Shown: in pieces, positions 21,328-32,956 of the stretch
Layout: each line of letters starts with the position of its first letter
Position numbering within the stretch: position 1 is the first letter of the stretch
Assembly: GCF_009914755.1 (NCBI RefSeq)
Contig: NC_060941.1
Strand: one strand, 5' to 3'
Length of the DNA: 64,000 nt
Source of the DNA: the human T2T-CHM13v2.0 reference genome, Homo sapiens
The notes under the pieces: model-generated
What the model saw: only the letters and a program-made list of their open reading frames with translations
Database searches by the model: none
What the model was told of the DNA's origin: nothing
Position numbers and translations under genes: made by a program

Positions 21328-21745
21328 TGAGCACTGGGACATGCAGAACCCATTCTTCCACCCAGGCCATAGTGGCCCCCCATTAGAAACACACCCTGGG
21401 GACTTTGTGGTGTGGCAGGAGGGAGTGTGCCCAGGGCCCAGGCTGCAGTGTGTGCAAGGGTATTATTGGGTGCAGTAGCACACACACCACATGGGTGGTG
21501 CTCAAAGCACACTCCATTAGAGCTGGGAACTTAGGCCATGGAAAACATCCCTCATGTTTGCTAAATCTCTTAAGGAAGCAGGATCCACTCTGAAGGCCTG
21601 AAGGCCTGGACCAGTCTCTCAACAGGAGCAGGCTTCTGTCCCTTCTCCTAGCACTCAAGACAGTTTGCACTTGCTCGACATAACCTTGTGTCTATCCTCT
21701 GAAATGGCCCCTAAGTCAGGAGAGCTTCTCCCCTTGGAAAGCTAT

Positions 21746-22205
21746 TGTGGTGGGCTGAATAATGGCCCCCCCAAAGATGTCCACTGCCTAATCCCTGGAT
21801 CTGTAAATGTGATTGTATATAGCAAAGGGCCTTTGCAGATAGGATTAGGTTAAGGGTTTTGAGATGGATGGATTATCCTGGATTAAGGGTCCTTACAGAA
21901 GGGTCTCAAGAGGTCAGAGTGGCTAATAGGAGGTGAGACAATGAAAGCAAGAGGTTGGAGTAATACAAGGAGGGGACCATGAGCCACGAAATGCAGGTGG
22001 CCTCTAGAACCCAGGAAAGGCAAGGAAACAGGTTCTCCCCTCAGAGCCTCTGACAGGAACCAGCCCTGCCGCCACCTTGACTTTAGCCCTGTGAGACTGA
22101 TTTTAGACCTCTGACCTTCAGAACTGTAAGATGATACATTTGTGTTGTTTTCCTGCCTCTAAGTTTGTGGTCATTTGTTAAGAGCAGCTATGGGTAGCTA
22201 ATACA
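21746..22205 (+). mobile_element. MLT1-family (MLT1C/D-like) solo LTR in the last MAP3K3 intron
   Basis: TG...CA ends (tgtggtgggctgaataatggccccc ... ctaataca); near-TSD gctat/gttat. Confidence 0.9.
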
Positions 22206-22369
22206 GTTATTGTAGAGTTCTTTCTGTCAAGTCTAAGTGATTCTCTTTTTCCTTATTTCAAGAAGTACCCAGGTGTGTGGTGAGTGTAGGTCCATGAAGC
22301 CCACGTGGACAGACATCCAAGCTGAGGTATCCCTCAGCTTGGCCTGTCCTGCACCTCAGCTTGCTGTGA

Positions 22370-22684
<315 letters not shown>

Positions 22685-24816
22685 GCTCTCACGGCCACAC
22701 AGCTGCCGGTCGCCCTTTGCTGCATGGCAGGGGGCTGCTGCTGGGCTCAGTGAAGTTGCTGCTTCTCCCAGGCAAGGCTGTGGACCATGGAGTGGCAGCC
22801 CAGCCAGCGTCGGTCTGTGCCCCTTCCGCCACTGGGGCTCAGAGCCGGGGTGGGGTGGCTGCAGCCTCAGGACTGGGAGCCCCCAGCCTGTCAGATCCAG
22901 GAGCTCCAGTGTCCTGAGCTCAGCGTGGAGGGGTAGGGGCTGGGAACAGTGTGCAAGGCAGCCGTGGGCCCCACCCTCGGGGATGTGTCCTGACACTGCA
23001 ATTGGCACCGAAGCCCAGAGGGTCTGGGGGCACAAGACTGACGCCAGGGTATGAAGAGTGTTATTTTCATTCAAAGTGTTATTTTGTTTTTCCTTCCAAT
23101 GTCTGGAGACCACCAGGGCATCTCTGGGCTGGATGAGCTCCCACAAGCCTGAGGGAAAGGCCAGCACTCGCTAGCAGTGGCAGGCAGAGGCCCAGGCTGC
23201 CGTCCCCTAGAGTCCCAGGTTGGCTCTGCCAGTCCTGTCCTTTACCAAAGATGAATGAAGCAAATGTCATGCTGCCTTATTCAGGGAAGGAGGAGCCTGT
23301 CCTGCCTGTGGCCATGACCCTGCCTCTCCCAGGCAGGGGCCCGCGATGTGGAACTGCTGCCACTGAGGGGGGATCCAGTTTTGTCAATGCAGTTGTCTCT
23401 GTTTTACAAGTTGGAGTCACTCTTATGCTGTACCCAGTTTCTAAACTGGAGACTGTGTGTGCCCTCTGGGCTCTGAGTACCCCTGCTTTGGGCTTGGGCC
23501 TAGGCTGCATTGAAAAGAGCTGAAGGTTGTGGCCTTTGCGCTCCTGGCCCAGCCTTTGTTCCCCACTGGAGCAGAAGGGGAGATGGACGACACGGTGGGG
23601 GCATCTGGCCTGGCCAGTGCCCTGATCCCAGAGAGCCCGAGGAGGTGTCTCAGGCTGCCTGAGTCGTGACCTGCTAGGCCAGAGCCCACTCCATCTGGTA
23701 GAAGGGAAAGCCCATATGCTACCACCAGCTGTGTCCAAAACCGCCAGCTCTGTTCTTCCTCAGCCAGCCTCGCCCATCCCCTTGAGGTCTCAGCCCCTTT
23801 CCCTTGTAGCTCCTCCCCTGGAGGGGGAATGGCAGCAGGGGTTGGGGAAACAGCATCTCCAAGCAGCTTAGAGTTGGCCATATTTACCTCAGCCTGGGCG
23901 CTGGTCCTTTCTTCCGGCCCCTCCCCTCCAAAATGTGCCTATTGCTAGAGCTCCTCCCTCTCAACACCCAGTTTCCTTGGGAGTTGTCATTAAAGGAAAA
24001 AAAAAAAAAAAAAGCCAGTGCCCAGGGATGGGCATCTCCAGGGAGCTGGGGATTAGTGCCAGGCAGCCCTGCCAGCCATGCCTACATCCCCATGGGCACA
24101 GAACAAGCCAAAGCCTTCGTTGTATGTTGACGATGCACTTTTATGAATGTAGTTTCTATCGCTGTTTTTAGCCTTTTCACATCATGTAATGTGAGGCCTT
24201 GTACTTGTTAATTTATATCTCAGATCATATTTGATGGTTTTTATATATATCAATTCTAGACTGTTACAGGTGACGGACGCCTCAAGAGAGAGAAGAGAAA
24301 ATGAAAGCAGCTGGTTTTGCAGAAGTGTGTGTCGCATGCGCCAGTTGGGCCTGGACCCTCCTGTGTCCATCCCTGTTCCCCCAGGGGCTCTATCAGCCCC
24401 TGTACCCCACACTGCCCTCTGAAGACAACACAGGCTCCTGCTTCCACCTCGGCCCTTGCCCAGGGTGGGGCCTGGCCCTCATCTTGACCAAAGCTGCTGT
24501 GTGGCAGCTCGGCCTCTCTACGACCCCATCTTGGTGGCTGCACACTCTTCCTGGCCCGCACCCCCATCCCCAGTCCCTGTTCCCCAAGAGGATACAGAGC
24601 ACGGTGCTGGCTGACTCAACTGTGCGTCCCAGGTTCAGGGTCTTACAGAGCTCCACCCCCTGGGGTCTTACCTCACTGGGAATGTGTTTTGAAAATGAAT
24701 TTGAAGACAAGCCAACAAACCCTGCACTCCAAAAAAGCAAAACAGACCCTAATTTTTTTGTGCCAAAAACTGTGGACATGCTGGCTCAGCATCCTCAGGA
24801 CCAAGTTGTTGCTTAA

Positions 24817-24822
24817 TTTATT
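24817..24822 (-). terminator. LIMD2 polyadenylation signal AATAAA (TTTATT on +)
   Basis: Canonical hexamer on the minus strand with U-rich minus-strand sequence downstream. Confidence 0.8.
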
Positions 24823-25189
24823 GTTTTTTAATAACTAATCCAGATAAAAAGTTGTGGGGCTTCAGGGTGACCTGGGCCCAAAGGTTCTGAAGGGCAGTTC
24901 CTGGCAGCCCCAGGCTTGCTGTGGGAAGGGGCCGTGCCGTCACTTTCTCATCATTCCATGGGGTGTGTCTGCCTGGGCCAACTCTGCATGGAGAGGCCAG
25001 GGCTGGGGACAGTCCGCACTCTGCCACCCTCCTGCCCCTTCCACCCACCCCAGCTCTATGTCTGTCTGAATTGTGGATCGTGCAGCCATGGTTATTGTGG
25101 AACTGTGGAACCTGCAGCCATAGTTATTTGACTATATCTTGACCGAGGGCTTGCAGTGCAAAGCCAGGCCAGTGTTGCGCATTACTTAC

Positions 25190-25195
25190 AATAAA
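25190..25195 (+). terminator. MAP3K3 polyadenylation signal AATAAA
   Basis: Canonical hexamer followed by G/GT-rich downstream sequence. Confidence 0.85.
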
Positions 25196-27456
25196 AGGGA
25201 TCATTTATATCAGAGGGGTCCTGTGGCAGTGCTTTCAGTTGTGGGGGGTGGAGGTAGGTTTTTGCTTAGCAGGGGCCAGGTATGGTGCCTGGCAACGAGC
25301 CTGGGCCTTTCAAGCAGAAGAGAACTTGACTCCAAGTAGAGGGGTCCTGGGGTGATCTGGCTGATACCATTGTCAGTCCAGAGGTGTCTGCCCCTTTCCT
25401 CCAGTTGCCCCTCCAGGAGCTCCACTGGGGTGGTCCCAACAGGGCTGATTTACCAGGGTGGCACTGCTGGCCCTCACAACCTGAACGTCACCAGTGGCTG
25501 AGTTCCCGGAGCTTTCATGATATTTGGTAGGGTCTTCCTGGCCCAGAGGACTTCCTTCAGTCCCATCTTTGCAGGGCAGGGGTCAGGTGTCTCCAAGAGC
25601 CACCTCTCCAGTACCCCCTTGTGGTCATCTGCTACTGTTGCTTAACCGAACCAAGATGATCCTTGCCATCTGAGACCTCTGGTGCAGGAAGTTGGCCTGC
25701 CCTGAGAGGCTCTGAGGCGCTCACTTCACACTTGGGAGGATCCAGGCCTGGGGCACCATCTCTGCTGAGTATTCGCTCTGCTCCCTCGAGGAGCAGTGCC
25801 TGCCTCAGCATAGTGACTTATGTGACACTGGAGCCTGTGGCCCAGCTCCCTGCCCTGTTCCACGGGGAGGCCACTTAGGAACTCAGGCAGTTGTATGGTG
25901 TGGTGGCAGCAAACCCTCCAGGAGTCTCTGTTCTCATCGATCCCATGTCTGGAGACATCAGGAAGTTGAATCTGGAGCAGGACAACCCAGACTTCTGCCT
26001 GTGTCCCACCGGGGCGCCCTCAGGTCCTCCCAACTTGCCTGGTTTGCTCTGCTGTGAACTCATCCCTCATTGTCCCTGGGTTTTCAGAGAAGCAGAGGTA
26101 GTTTCTCTTTGGATTTCCTGAGACAGTAGCTGTGACTGCACCTCCGCAGAGCTTGAAAAGGCAAGGGGATGATGACAGCAGCGAGGGGTAATGATGAGGG
26201 GGGACAATCCAGGGGTCACTAAAACCTTGGGCAGCACTTGCTGGGTCTGCTGGTTACCGCCATTCTTCGCTAACTTACTTCCAGGTCAAAGGGCTGGGAA
26301 GAAGGGAGGGAGCTAGACAGCTGGAACCAGCCAGGGAACGCGGCAGCTTGCACCCCAGGCACTGAAGTGCAGCGAGGACAGGCGCCATCACCCACTGGCA
26401 GCCTGGCCCTCCCGCTCTCAGGCCTCTTCACAATGGGGTGCATATGGTAAGTTGGTGGGTCTGAACCAACCCAGAACTGAGGGGTGAGGTGGAGTTTCAG
26501 TTCCAAAACCACTGTGGGTGTGACAGCATGAAGCCCTCGCTGTGAAGAGGAGCCCTCCCATTTCTCAATGGTGTGTCAGGGAACTGACACCCACTTCTAG
26601 CTCCCTGCCCCCATCAGGGCCGAGGTAGTCGGGGCTGGCCCTGTCCCCCCATGCCCGCCCCATGGTGAGTCTGCACCCTTCCTGTGACAGATCCCCCAGC
26701 AGGCCACACAATAGAGAATCTGGATCTATTGAAACATGTTTAAAACGGGGTTGGTCACAACAGGATGGGCACAAATGGGAGCGGGGGAGGGGAGTGGGGC
26801 CGCACCAGCCCCTGCCAGTGCCTGAGGCTGCAGCCTGGCGAGTGCTTTTGCTTCTGCTTCTCCACGCTGGTGGTTCGAGATGGTCCCAAGCCCCACTGGG
26901 GCAGGCCCTGCCTTGCCCTGCAGAGGCAGGGTGGCTCCACTTCCCCATCTCCTCCCCCATGGGCTGCAGGGGCATTTATGATGCCCAACAGGTGGCACTG
27001 TCGCGCTCCTTCCTCCCTGTCTCCGTGGCTCAGAAACAGGTTAAGGGTAGAGGTAGATGGGGAGACGTGGGGGCCACACAGTCTCCGGTGGCAGTGAGGG
27101 AGCTTGGGACCCTGAGGGGGGCATGCTGACTCCTTGCTGGAGAAAAGGCACCTAGATAGGGGAGCTGGGCTTGGGGGCCTCCCAGGGGGTCCTGGGGTGA
27201 GGTGGGGAGGGAGGCTGAACGAAGCAGGAAGCAGGGTGGTGGGCAGACCCCAATCCTGGTTTCCAAACCCTCACCGGCTGCGGGAGAAGGAAGAAGGAAG
27301 GAGTCCTGGAGCAGAGCCCTGCCCTGGTCCCCTACGCCTGAGCAAGCCTCATCCCCTTCCCACCTGGCCCCCACGCAAGCCCAGCTCGACCTCCTTCCCA
27401 CCTTCCCCCTGCCGGCTCCAGGCCTTCCGCAGAGGGGGTGGAAGGTTACAGAGGCC

Positions 27457-27648
<192 letters not shown>

Positions 27649-27651
27649 TCA

Positions 27652-27879
<228 letters not shown>

Positions 27880-27932
27880 TCATCCCGCTCCCTCACACCC
27901 CTCCTCCCGCACACCCGGCCCCAGGCCCCTAC

Positions 27933-27974
27933 CTTGGAGCGCTGCACCGTGCTGCTGCCGCCGCCTTTGGCGTC
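27933..27974 (-). CDS. LIMD2: LIMD2 coding exon: DAKGGGSSTVQRSK
   Basis: cag acceptor and gtaggg donor; 42 nt. Confidence 0.95.
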
Positions 27975-28161
27975 CTGAGGGAGAGGGGCGGTCAGGGCAG
28001 GGGCAGCTCCGGGAGGCCCTGGACCAGGGCTGCAGCCATCAGCCCAAGGCCCAGGGGCGCGCCGCAGGGCACAAAGGGGGCCCGCAAACTCTGATGCCTC
28101 TCCCCTTCACCCCAGGCCAGGCTCCTGTCCGGGGGGCCCTCCCACCCAGCCGGGCACTTAC

Positions 28162-28203
28162 ATGAGAGGGGGTGGCCTGGGCGGCTCCTGCAGCCTGGAA
28201 CAT
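28162..28203 (-). CDS. LIMD2: LIMD2 first coding segment MFQAAGAAQATPSH (exon 2 extends to 28253 as 5' UTR)
   Basis: gccATG Kozak context; gtaagt donor; ctgac...ttgcag acceptor at 28254; the four segments total 384 nt = 127 aa + stop. Confidence 0.95.
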
Positions 28204-28429
28204 GGCTCGTTGGAGGTGGAAGCCTCGGGTGGAGAAGCGGCACCCGCTGGGTTCTGCAAGGGGAAGTCAGTCGGGAGGGCCCCGCCAGCCCGGCCCCAGC
28301 CTGCAGGGTGGGGGGTGTTGACAGGCAGGGGCTGGGGGGATTGCGGTTGGGACTTTCCCTAAGTCATTTCCTGTTGCTCTTGGTCTTGCCACTTCCGCCC
28401 CTCACCCACCTCCCCCACCCCTGCTCCCC

Positions 28430-30300
28430 AGGGGCCGGGGTCCCGAGTGGCACCGTCCCTCGGAAGAACAAAGTTAGCGGGAGCGGAGGGGCCGGGGGCT
28501 CCCGCGCAGCCGCCGTGTGCGTCCCGCGGGCTGGGACCGCTTGGGGTGAGGGGAGGTCGGGGCCGGCGGGGCCGCGATGAGAAGCCGCTGCCCCGACCTG
28601 ACCCCGGCCCTCGCTGCCCTGCGCCGCGCCCGGGCGTCCAGGCCTAGGCTGCGCAGCCCCTGGACAGCGCCCGAGGTCCCCGCCCGCCCCGCCCCTCGGC
28701 CCCCGACCTGGCCCCGCGAGGACCGGACCCCAGACCCCGACGCCGCGAGCCCCGCCAGCGGGTCTCGGCTCCGCCCAGCCGGGGGCCGGCCCTGAAACGA
28801 GGACTCGAGCCTGTGCGCCCCGGGCGAGAGCGGCTCGCAGACTCGCCGGGACCCCACGGGCGGCCCTCACCCCACACCCCTCGGCGCCTCTCCCGGTTCC
28901 GGAGCCGGACGCGGCCCCTCCCCCCGCGGCTCTCACCAGGCCCGGCCTGGGCCGCGGGGCGGGATCGGTCTCCGGGGGCGCACGGGTACGAGGAGGGCGC
29001 GGGCGCGAGCTGCTGCCGCTACCAGTGGTCCCCGAGCCACCGCCGCCGCCACCGCCTTATCGCTGCACCGCCCCCGCCGGCCCCCGCCCCGCGCCCGCCC
29101 ATTGGCTCCGCCGCGCCCGGAGCCGCCTTCGGGGCCCCGGCGCCGCCGCCGACCCCCCTCCGCGCTTTGTCTTCCCCTCGCCGCCGTCCCCGCCTTTGTC
29201 TGTCCCCCGCCCCGGCTCCGCGCTCCCGGCTCCGCAGCGCCCCGCGGGCCTCGCGCTCGCAGGCCTCGGGTACCGGCCGCGCCGTCTGCCCATCCCGACG
29301 GCGGCCCGGCGTGGGGAAGCAACGGTGGCAGGGACAGGATGGAAGGGCCGCGCTCCGCATCCTACTGGGAGGGGACGAGTTCAGGCTGCGGCGGCTGCGG
29401 TCGCGGGACACTGGGCGCTCCCGGCCTGGCTCCGGGATAACCGGGCGGGGCCTGGGCCATTCACTGCCTCGGTTTCCCCCGGTTGGCCTCGCGCGTAGGC
29501 GCCGGCGCCCCCATCCCCGCCCAGAGCTGTGGGGCCGCAGAGACCCAGCCGGGGCGACCCCGGAGCCTGGCCCGGGGTCCCTCGGGCGGCCGAGTCCTCC
29601 CGCCGCCAGGGGCCGCCCCCGCCCCTTTGCGGCCCACGAGGCTGGCGGCGGCGTCCGGGCACGCGGTCTCCAGGCCCGGCCGCGAGGCTGCGGGGAGGAG
29701 CCTGCACGAGGGCCCGGCAGCCCCGGCAGCCCCCCCAGCCCTCGGCGCCTCTGCAACCCTGCGACGGGCTGGGGAGGCCGGTATGCGTGGTTCCCGGAGC
29801 ACCCGTCCCCCGAGGCTCCACGTACTCAAGCGTTTCTGGGGCGGAATTCTGTGGGCAGCAACGGGGGCCCCCTCTCCAACAAGCGCACCTCATTTCTCAC
29901 GTGGGAGCCGCGGCCCAGAGAGCTGAGGTGACAGAGCTTGGGCCGCAGAGCTGCTCCCTCCCTGCAGCCGCACAGCAGGCCGGAGGCACAGCCGGCGAGA
30001 GACGGCCACTCGCTTTGGAGCGGCGGCGAGGCCGGCGCCTTCCCGGGCACCAGGGACTGCGTGGCTTGGCCGGAAATCAGGCTAGAAGCAGCTCCGGGAA
30101 GCACAGCCCTTAGCCCAGCGCCTTCCCACACTGTGGCAGGAATAGCACTGGCGGCCCACGCGCTTGTCAGGGAACAGAACAGCTCTCGCCCGACGCCTGG
30201 CAGGGGAGCAGGGAGGCTGCAGCTTCCCCAGCGCCCAGCTGTTTCCCAGGCTGGCGGACTCCACGGACCGGCTCCGCGTCTCCTCTCCAGCCTTCTGTTC
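28430..30300. promoter_or_regulatory. CpG island / LIMD2 promoter, probably bidirectional
   Basis: Very high GC and CpG density; GC boxes at ~29070-29100; CCAAT (ATTGG) at 29101-29105; ETS-like CCGGAA near 30070. Confidence 0.92.
28937..29040 (-). other. LIMD2: Probable LIMD2 non-coding exon 1 (5' end approximate)
   Basis: Minus-strand donor TG|gtgaga at 28937/28936, just downstream of CCAAT and GC boxes. Confidence 0.65.
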
Positions 30301-31595
30301 TCTCTAGAGGAAGATCTGCGTTTTGTCTGCACTGTGGGCCGACTCTCTAGTGGGGAGCGTCAGACCCTCTAAAGTGGCTGCCTCTCGGGAAAGCTTCCAC
30401 ACCTGTCATCAGATTCTCCAAAGGGGCTGTTTGATGCAAGAAACGGGAAGCCCCGGGGGTACTAGGAGCAGGGCTTGCTGCCATTGGGCATGGTGAGGCC
30501 CCGGCACCCTGCCCAGGACGGGCCTGTGGGCTGAGCTGCAGATGGGCATTGAGGATGCCCCAACAGCAAGGTGCAGAAGGCATCCAGAAGCAAAGGAAAC
30601 TGATGACCAGCGTCAAAAACAAACAAAAAAAGGGAACTTGGCTCGGCGGTGGCTCACGCCTGTAGTCCCAGCACTTTGGGAGGCAGAGACAGGTGGATCA
30701 CGAGGTCAGAAGTCCAAGACCAGCCTGGCCAACATGGTGAAATCCCGTCTCTACTAAAAATACAAAAATTATCCAGGCGTGGTGGTGTGTGCCTGTAATC
30801 CTAGCTACTCGGGAGGCTGAGGCAGAAGAATCGCTTGAACCCGGGAGGTGGAGCCTACAGTGAGTCAACATGAAGCCAGTGCACGCCAGCCTGGGCGACA
30901 GACTCTGTGTTTGTGTGTGTGTGGGGGGGGGGGGGAGGGCGGGGCGAGGCGAAGGGAACTTGAGGTTTAAAGCAGGGGGAGGAGGGCCGGAAATGCTCCC
31001 CGCCGCCCCCGACACTCACTCGCCCCAGGCCCCATCCTAGCCCAGGGTCAGTGTCATTCCCTTCACCTTAGCCTCTCACTGCCCAAAGAGGCTTACTTTT
31101 CTTCTTTAAACTGCTGTTAAAATTTGGGAGGAAACGGAAAGCAAGGGCACCTGATGGTTCAGTGCAGCTTCAGGTTAGAGGGGCATTTGAGGTGCCTGAG
31201 CTGGGGGAGGGCCTTCCCCCTGAGGGACTGGGAGAAGGGTAAGCCATGTGCCCTGGAAGCACTGCAGGGAGCCTCAGATTTGCACCCCCTGGCTCACACT
31301 CGCTGGCGCCAGCCAGCATGGCAGGGATGGGCGGGGCTGGTTCTTAGGTTTCCTGCTCTTTGGGTGCTAGCACCCAGGGTAAGGAGACACCCATGTCCGG
31401 TTGCAAGACAAACCCTTCTACCTCCTTTCCTGCCAAAGGCCACCAGCATCCTCTGCCTCAATCTCAATCTTTGGACCTTTTTAGCTCCAAAGTGGTTTGA
31501 TGACCACAGGCTAAAATTCATAGTCTTAAAATTTTAGATAGTTAAGAGACAGATCTGTTACAGGTTTTCAAATAAACTGGTCTATCTAGTGTAAG
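29240..31595 (+). ncRNA. Probable divergent lncRNA from the LIMD2 CpG island (recalled as LOC729683; boundaries approximate)
   Basis: Plus-strand AATAAA at 31571-31576 downstream of the island; no credible coding frame; identity from memory of the locus only. Confidence 0.5.
30640..30908 (+). mobile_element. Alu whose tail is replaced by (TG)n-G13
   Basis: Alu consensus ending gactctgt, then tgtgtgtg and a 13-G run. Confidence 0.93.
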
Positions 31596-31764
31596 AGGTC
31601 ACTGCTGAGCTTCAGTGAGCACCCATGGGCCTGCTCTTGGATGGTGGGACAGCTCTCACCTGGGGCAGCACGGCCATCCCTGCAAGCACACACACCAGGA
31701 AGCAGCCTGTAGCCCCTGAGCTGACGCAGACACAATGCCATTCTCCAGCAGCGTCTCTGAAAAT

Positions 31765-31770
31765 TTTAAT
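31765..31770 (-). terminator. STRADA polyadenylation signal ATTAAA (TTTAAT on +)
   Basis: Variant hexamer ~740 nt after the stop codon, followed by GT-rich minus-strand sequence (tgtgtctgcg). Confidence 0.7.
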
Positions 31771-32507
31771 TTGTTCTGACAACGAAACTAACACAGCATA
31801 AGGACTTAAGCCCTCAAGCTAGGCAAGACACTGATGGCCCTTGGAGAAAGCACCAGGGCAGCTGGCAGGAGGCGCTAAGATGGATTCTTGGTGGGAAAGG
31901 AATGAGGCACACACATAAACCGTGGGAAAGACTTAGGTGTCAGGGCCCAAGCCAGAAGAGGGATAAGGATGGACTGTTCCAGCCTTAGTCTGTGCTTAAA
32001 AAGACAGAAATGCCCTTCTCTGGAATTATGAGGGAGAGGTCTGAGGGAAGGGAGGCAGGCAGCTTACTACTTGCCCTTTCACTGACCTATAGCATCTGAG
32101 GCATCTGAGAGCAAAGTTAAATAGAATGAGGCTGGTCGCAAGCACTGGGAAGAGGTGGCGGTCCTCGGGTTTAAGGAGCCAAACCCTGGGCTTGGAATTC
32201 AGCTCCCAGGGCCAGAGCAGCATCTCTCTTCTGCGGAGGAGGTCACCTGAGCTCACAGGACTGGGAATGTCGGCTTTGGACCCTCCTGATCCCTGGTTGT
32301 TGAGATTCCCTTGTGTCTCAAAAGCCTTGGAGCAGTGAAGTATCTCTCCAGGATTTTCTTTCCCAATCAGTCAGCAGTCAACTTTCCTGGAAGAATGTCC
32401 TTTCTACCCAATCTGCCCAGGAGGGCGGGAATGTGGCCGGCCCTCAGGAAGGGCCTCTGGGTGGCCTCTGCATCCCTGGCTGGAGAATGCGCACAGTTTG
32501 CAGAGGC

Positions 32508-32660
32508 TCAGAACTCCCAATCGTCCACCTCCAGCTCTTCCAGGTTTGTTACCAGGCCAAAGATTCCACTGTGGTCCTGAGACTGGCTGCCCTCAAAATT
32601 GGTGATGGGGGTGACAGGACGAAGCAATTCGGGCAAAGCCTCTGAGGCACGTCGCTTGAT
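32508..32660 (-). CDS. STRADA: STRADA exon 13: [50 protein letters not shown] (C-terminal WEF MO25-binding motif)
   Basis: ccccag acceptor; TGA at 32510-32508; all exons total 1296 nt = 431 aa + stop. Confidence 0.98.
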   Translation of the reverse strand: MKRRASEALPELLRPVTPITNFEGSQSQDHSGIFGLVTNLEELEVDDWEF

Positions 32661-32868
32661 CTGGGGGAGAAGAGAGAGGTGGGTGACAGATCCTGTTGCT
32701 CTGGGTCCCAGGACACCATGGGGCAAGGAACCATGGCCTGGTGGCAGACGGGCTGTCGGAGCCAACTCCATGAGAGGAAGGAGCAGTGTCTTTCAGGGGC
32801 TTCGGAAGCGGGGTAGTTTCTCTCATTCAAAGGGAGGGGAGAGAAAGCTAAAGGGATTGTGAGTTGTT

Positions 32869-32898
32869 AGAACCAGAACTAGAACCAGAACCAGAACG
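32869..32898 (+). repeat. (AGAACC)5 imperfect hexamer repeat in STRADA intron 12
   Basis: agaacc agaact agaacc agaacc agaacg. Confidence 0.9.
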
Positions 32899-32913
32899 AA
32901 GGGGCTACGATAC

Positions 32914-32956
32914 CTGCTTGAAGAAAGAGTGGTTCAGGAGGGTGCTGGCACTGGGC
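32914..32956 (-). CDS. STRADA: STRADA exon 12: PSASTLLNHSFFKQ
   Basis: ctccag acceptor and gtatcg donor; 43 nt. Confidence 0.96.

Larger units (their letters stand above)
22685..25210 (+). other. MAP3K3: MAP3K3 3' UTR (~2.5 kb; end approximate)
   Basis: Repeat-free sequence from the stop codon to the first plus-strand AATAAA at 25190-25195. Confidence 0.85.
24795..27456 (-). other. LIMD2: LIMD2 3' UTR (~2.65 kb; end approximate)
   Basis: Lies between the LIMD2 stop codon and the minus-strand poly(A) signal. Confidence 0.8.

Noticed and set aside
26268-26286. Overlapping minus-strand GTAAGT donor and plus-strand ctaac...ccag acceptor-like motif in the LIMD2 3' UTR
   Set aside because: The branch motif is too close to the AG and no partner splice site could be identified; likely chance
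28813-29931. 372-aa plus-strand ORF and many overlapping ORFs in the CpG island
   Set aside because: Low-complexity Pro/Arg/Gly/Ala translations open in several frames on both strands, as expected from stop-codon scarcity at very high GC; no recognisable domain
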